Shown here piece by piece: positions 62,228 to 64,000 of a stretch of DNA of 64,000 nt. Source of the stretch: Utricularia gibba (lineage: Eukaryota > Plantae > Magnoliophyta); the NCBI GenBank assembly GCA_002189035.1, contig NEEC01000004.1:1178001-1242000 (forward strand), read 5' to 3'. Position numbers and translations under genes: made by a program. Position 1 is the first letter of the stretch; every line of letters begins with the position of its first letter. Under the pieces are notes generated by a model, which worked only from the letters and a program-made list of their open reading frames with translations, ran no database searches and was not told the DNA's origin.

Positions 62228-64000
62228 GCCAAGCCTAACTTCCACCTTCTCTCTGTTTCTCTTTTTCCTTATAAGACAACCAAGAATCCCATGCCTAACT
62301 CAAAATTACTACCCCTTTATTTAATATCATTTTTGTCTATAATTCCCAAATTACCTCTTATTTTAAAATCAATTTCACTTTATGATATAATACCCGTTGT
62401 TTTAAAAATTTATTATTAAATAAAGTTTTCAATTAATTACAGTATATATTTATATTAACATCAATCGATTCATCCTTTTCAGACAATATGATGTAGTAAC
62501 AATAAAATTATAGGTACAAATATGTTAACAATTGAGCCGCAATCAGTGATGATAGAACTTCTTTTATGTACGGAAAAGAAGTGGGCCTTGGGCCCAACTT
62601 GATTCGAGAAATTATGGTAATTGACAAGGATGTTTAAATTATTTCGGAAAATCCAGTAATATAACTAATGTATTATTTGATTTAAATCTTTATATTTAAT
62701 TTTTTATGGTTTTAAGAAATTATGTGTATTATTATATTTTTGTTGTAAAAATAACGATAATTAAAACATAGTATTTTTCAAAAATTAATGATTTGAAGCT
62801 TTATGATCTGATAATATAATATATTAAAGTTGTGGAATTTTACATAAAAAATTAAAAGATATTTACTAATGTAATATCATAAAAATTATAAAAATGTAAT
62901 CCAAAAACGTATATTCATCTTTTACATAAGTATTGATACTCGATAATTTCCAATACGAATATTGAAAACTAATACGTAAAATTTATGAATACAAATAACA
63001 ATTTTAGATTTGGATGAAGGTATATTGGTGTGTGTTAGACTATTTACTTAAAAATATTTTCGGGAATTATTCGTATTTAATAACAAAACTTGTTACGTAA
63101 TGTATTTTCAAAATCAAAAAGCGTTGTACACATTGTTGTATGAAGCTATTTGTTGTAGCAGAGTCCATATTCCACAAGTTAGGTCTCGTCGTCCTCGTAG
63201 ATGAGGCAGCCCTAAGTTTCCCATATGGAGACTTTTATTCTATTGACGCTAGATTAGGGAAAACCCTCCTCCTCCTCCACTAATTCATTACCCTAAACTA
63301 ATTCCAACCAAAATATTGGGTTCTGAGCTGCGTGACAATGAACAGAGATCGATCCCACTTGCTGGCTTCAGCACTTCAGAATGAAAGCTATTGCCTGCGC
63401 CCAAAGTCTTCCAAGTTGCAGCGACAGCGACACAACACACGGGCAGCTCTTGATAATTGCTTAGGATAGACCACCCCCCCACCTCAAGCCTTACAATTAT
63501 TAACTAACTAATGCATTATCTATGGACTTGTGGTGAGTTTGGATTCGAGTTCCATGTGAAAAATGGAGAACCCATTGGTGGGTTTGATGTCTAACGCACA
63601 GTCCCTTAAGGAAGCATCCTGATTTAGTTGTGCAGATGAAGGGTTGAACCCATTTGGGTAGGAAAGAAAGGTTGTTGTATATGTTGAAGTTCTTGTGTTT
63701 TGATTCGAAAAGGTTTTGGGATCCTGGGCTGCAATGCTGCTGCGTCCAGCTTGGACTGGAGTGTGTGAGGTCTTAGGCATCAAAATTTCAAAGTATCAAT
63801 GGTAAATGTGTCGTCTGTGTATAGGAACACTACAGGGATTAGTCATCGTATGTTCAAATCCAGGTTCATCTACGGGATTTCAAAGAAAGCTGATGAGAAG
63901 AAGAATCGTAGCCTGTTGGGCTTGGTGCGTTCTTGATGAGATCATCGAGCTCCGGAAGAAGTCGTCGTCGAAGAGAAGCTCCGACATGGCGATATCATTG

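Noticed and set aside
63288-64000. Possible gene end on the minus strand at the window edge
   Set aside because: All frames are interrupted and no family was recognised; sequence beyond the window is needed.

Overview
Gene-dense plant (eudicot) nuclear DNA with short GT-AG introns (some only 61-74 bp) and AT-rich spacers, which suggests a compact genome; the species cannot be determined from the sequence alone. In order, the window holds: a tandem cluster of clade-2 glutamate-receptor-like genes (two long copies plus a 5'-deleted mini copy), a Vps62/DUF946 gene, a GC-rich inverted repeat next to a PMT methyltransferase 3' remnant, a BRX-like gene, PAM68, EDR2-like, phosphomevalonate kinase, a mid-SUN gene, tRNA-Ala(CGC), an OXA1 remnant, ERF061-like, an unknown secreted repeat protein, a group III WRKY, a GABA-transporter-like permease, a broken 3xHMG-box locus, a TBL acetyltransferase, CIP1-like, a MIR319 hairpin, a WRKY19-like zinc-finger repeat gene, and a head-to-head reticulon / ribosomal L25 pair. 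The best novel candidates are (1) a spliceable 265-aa GLR made only of pore loop, M3, S2, M4 and tail, (2) a 171-aa HMG-box-less derivative of 3xHMG-box at its ancestral syntenic position, and (3) a secreted protein with repeated T[F/L]RPxN motifs. Caveat: six apparent frameshifts in five otherwise intact genes are each repaired by adding one base to a G/C homopolymer, so they are most likely sequencing or assembly errors. No CRISPR array or intact transposon was seen. All homology and synteny calls come from motif recognition and recall, not database searches.
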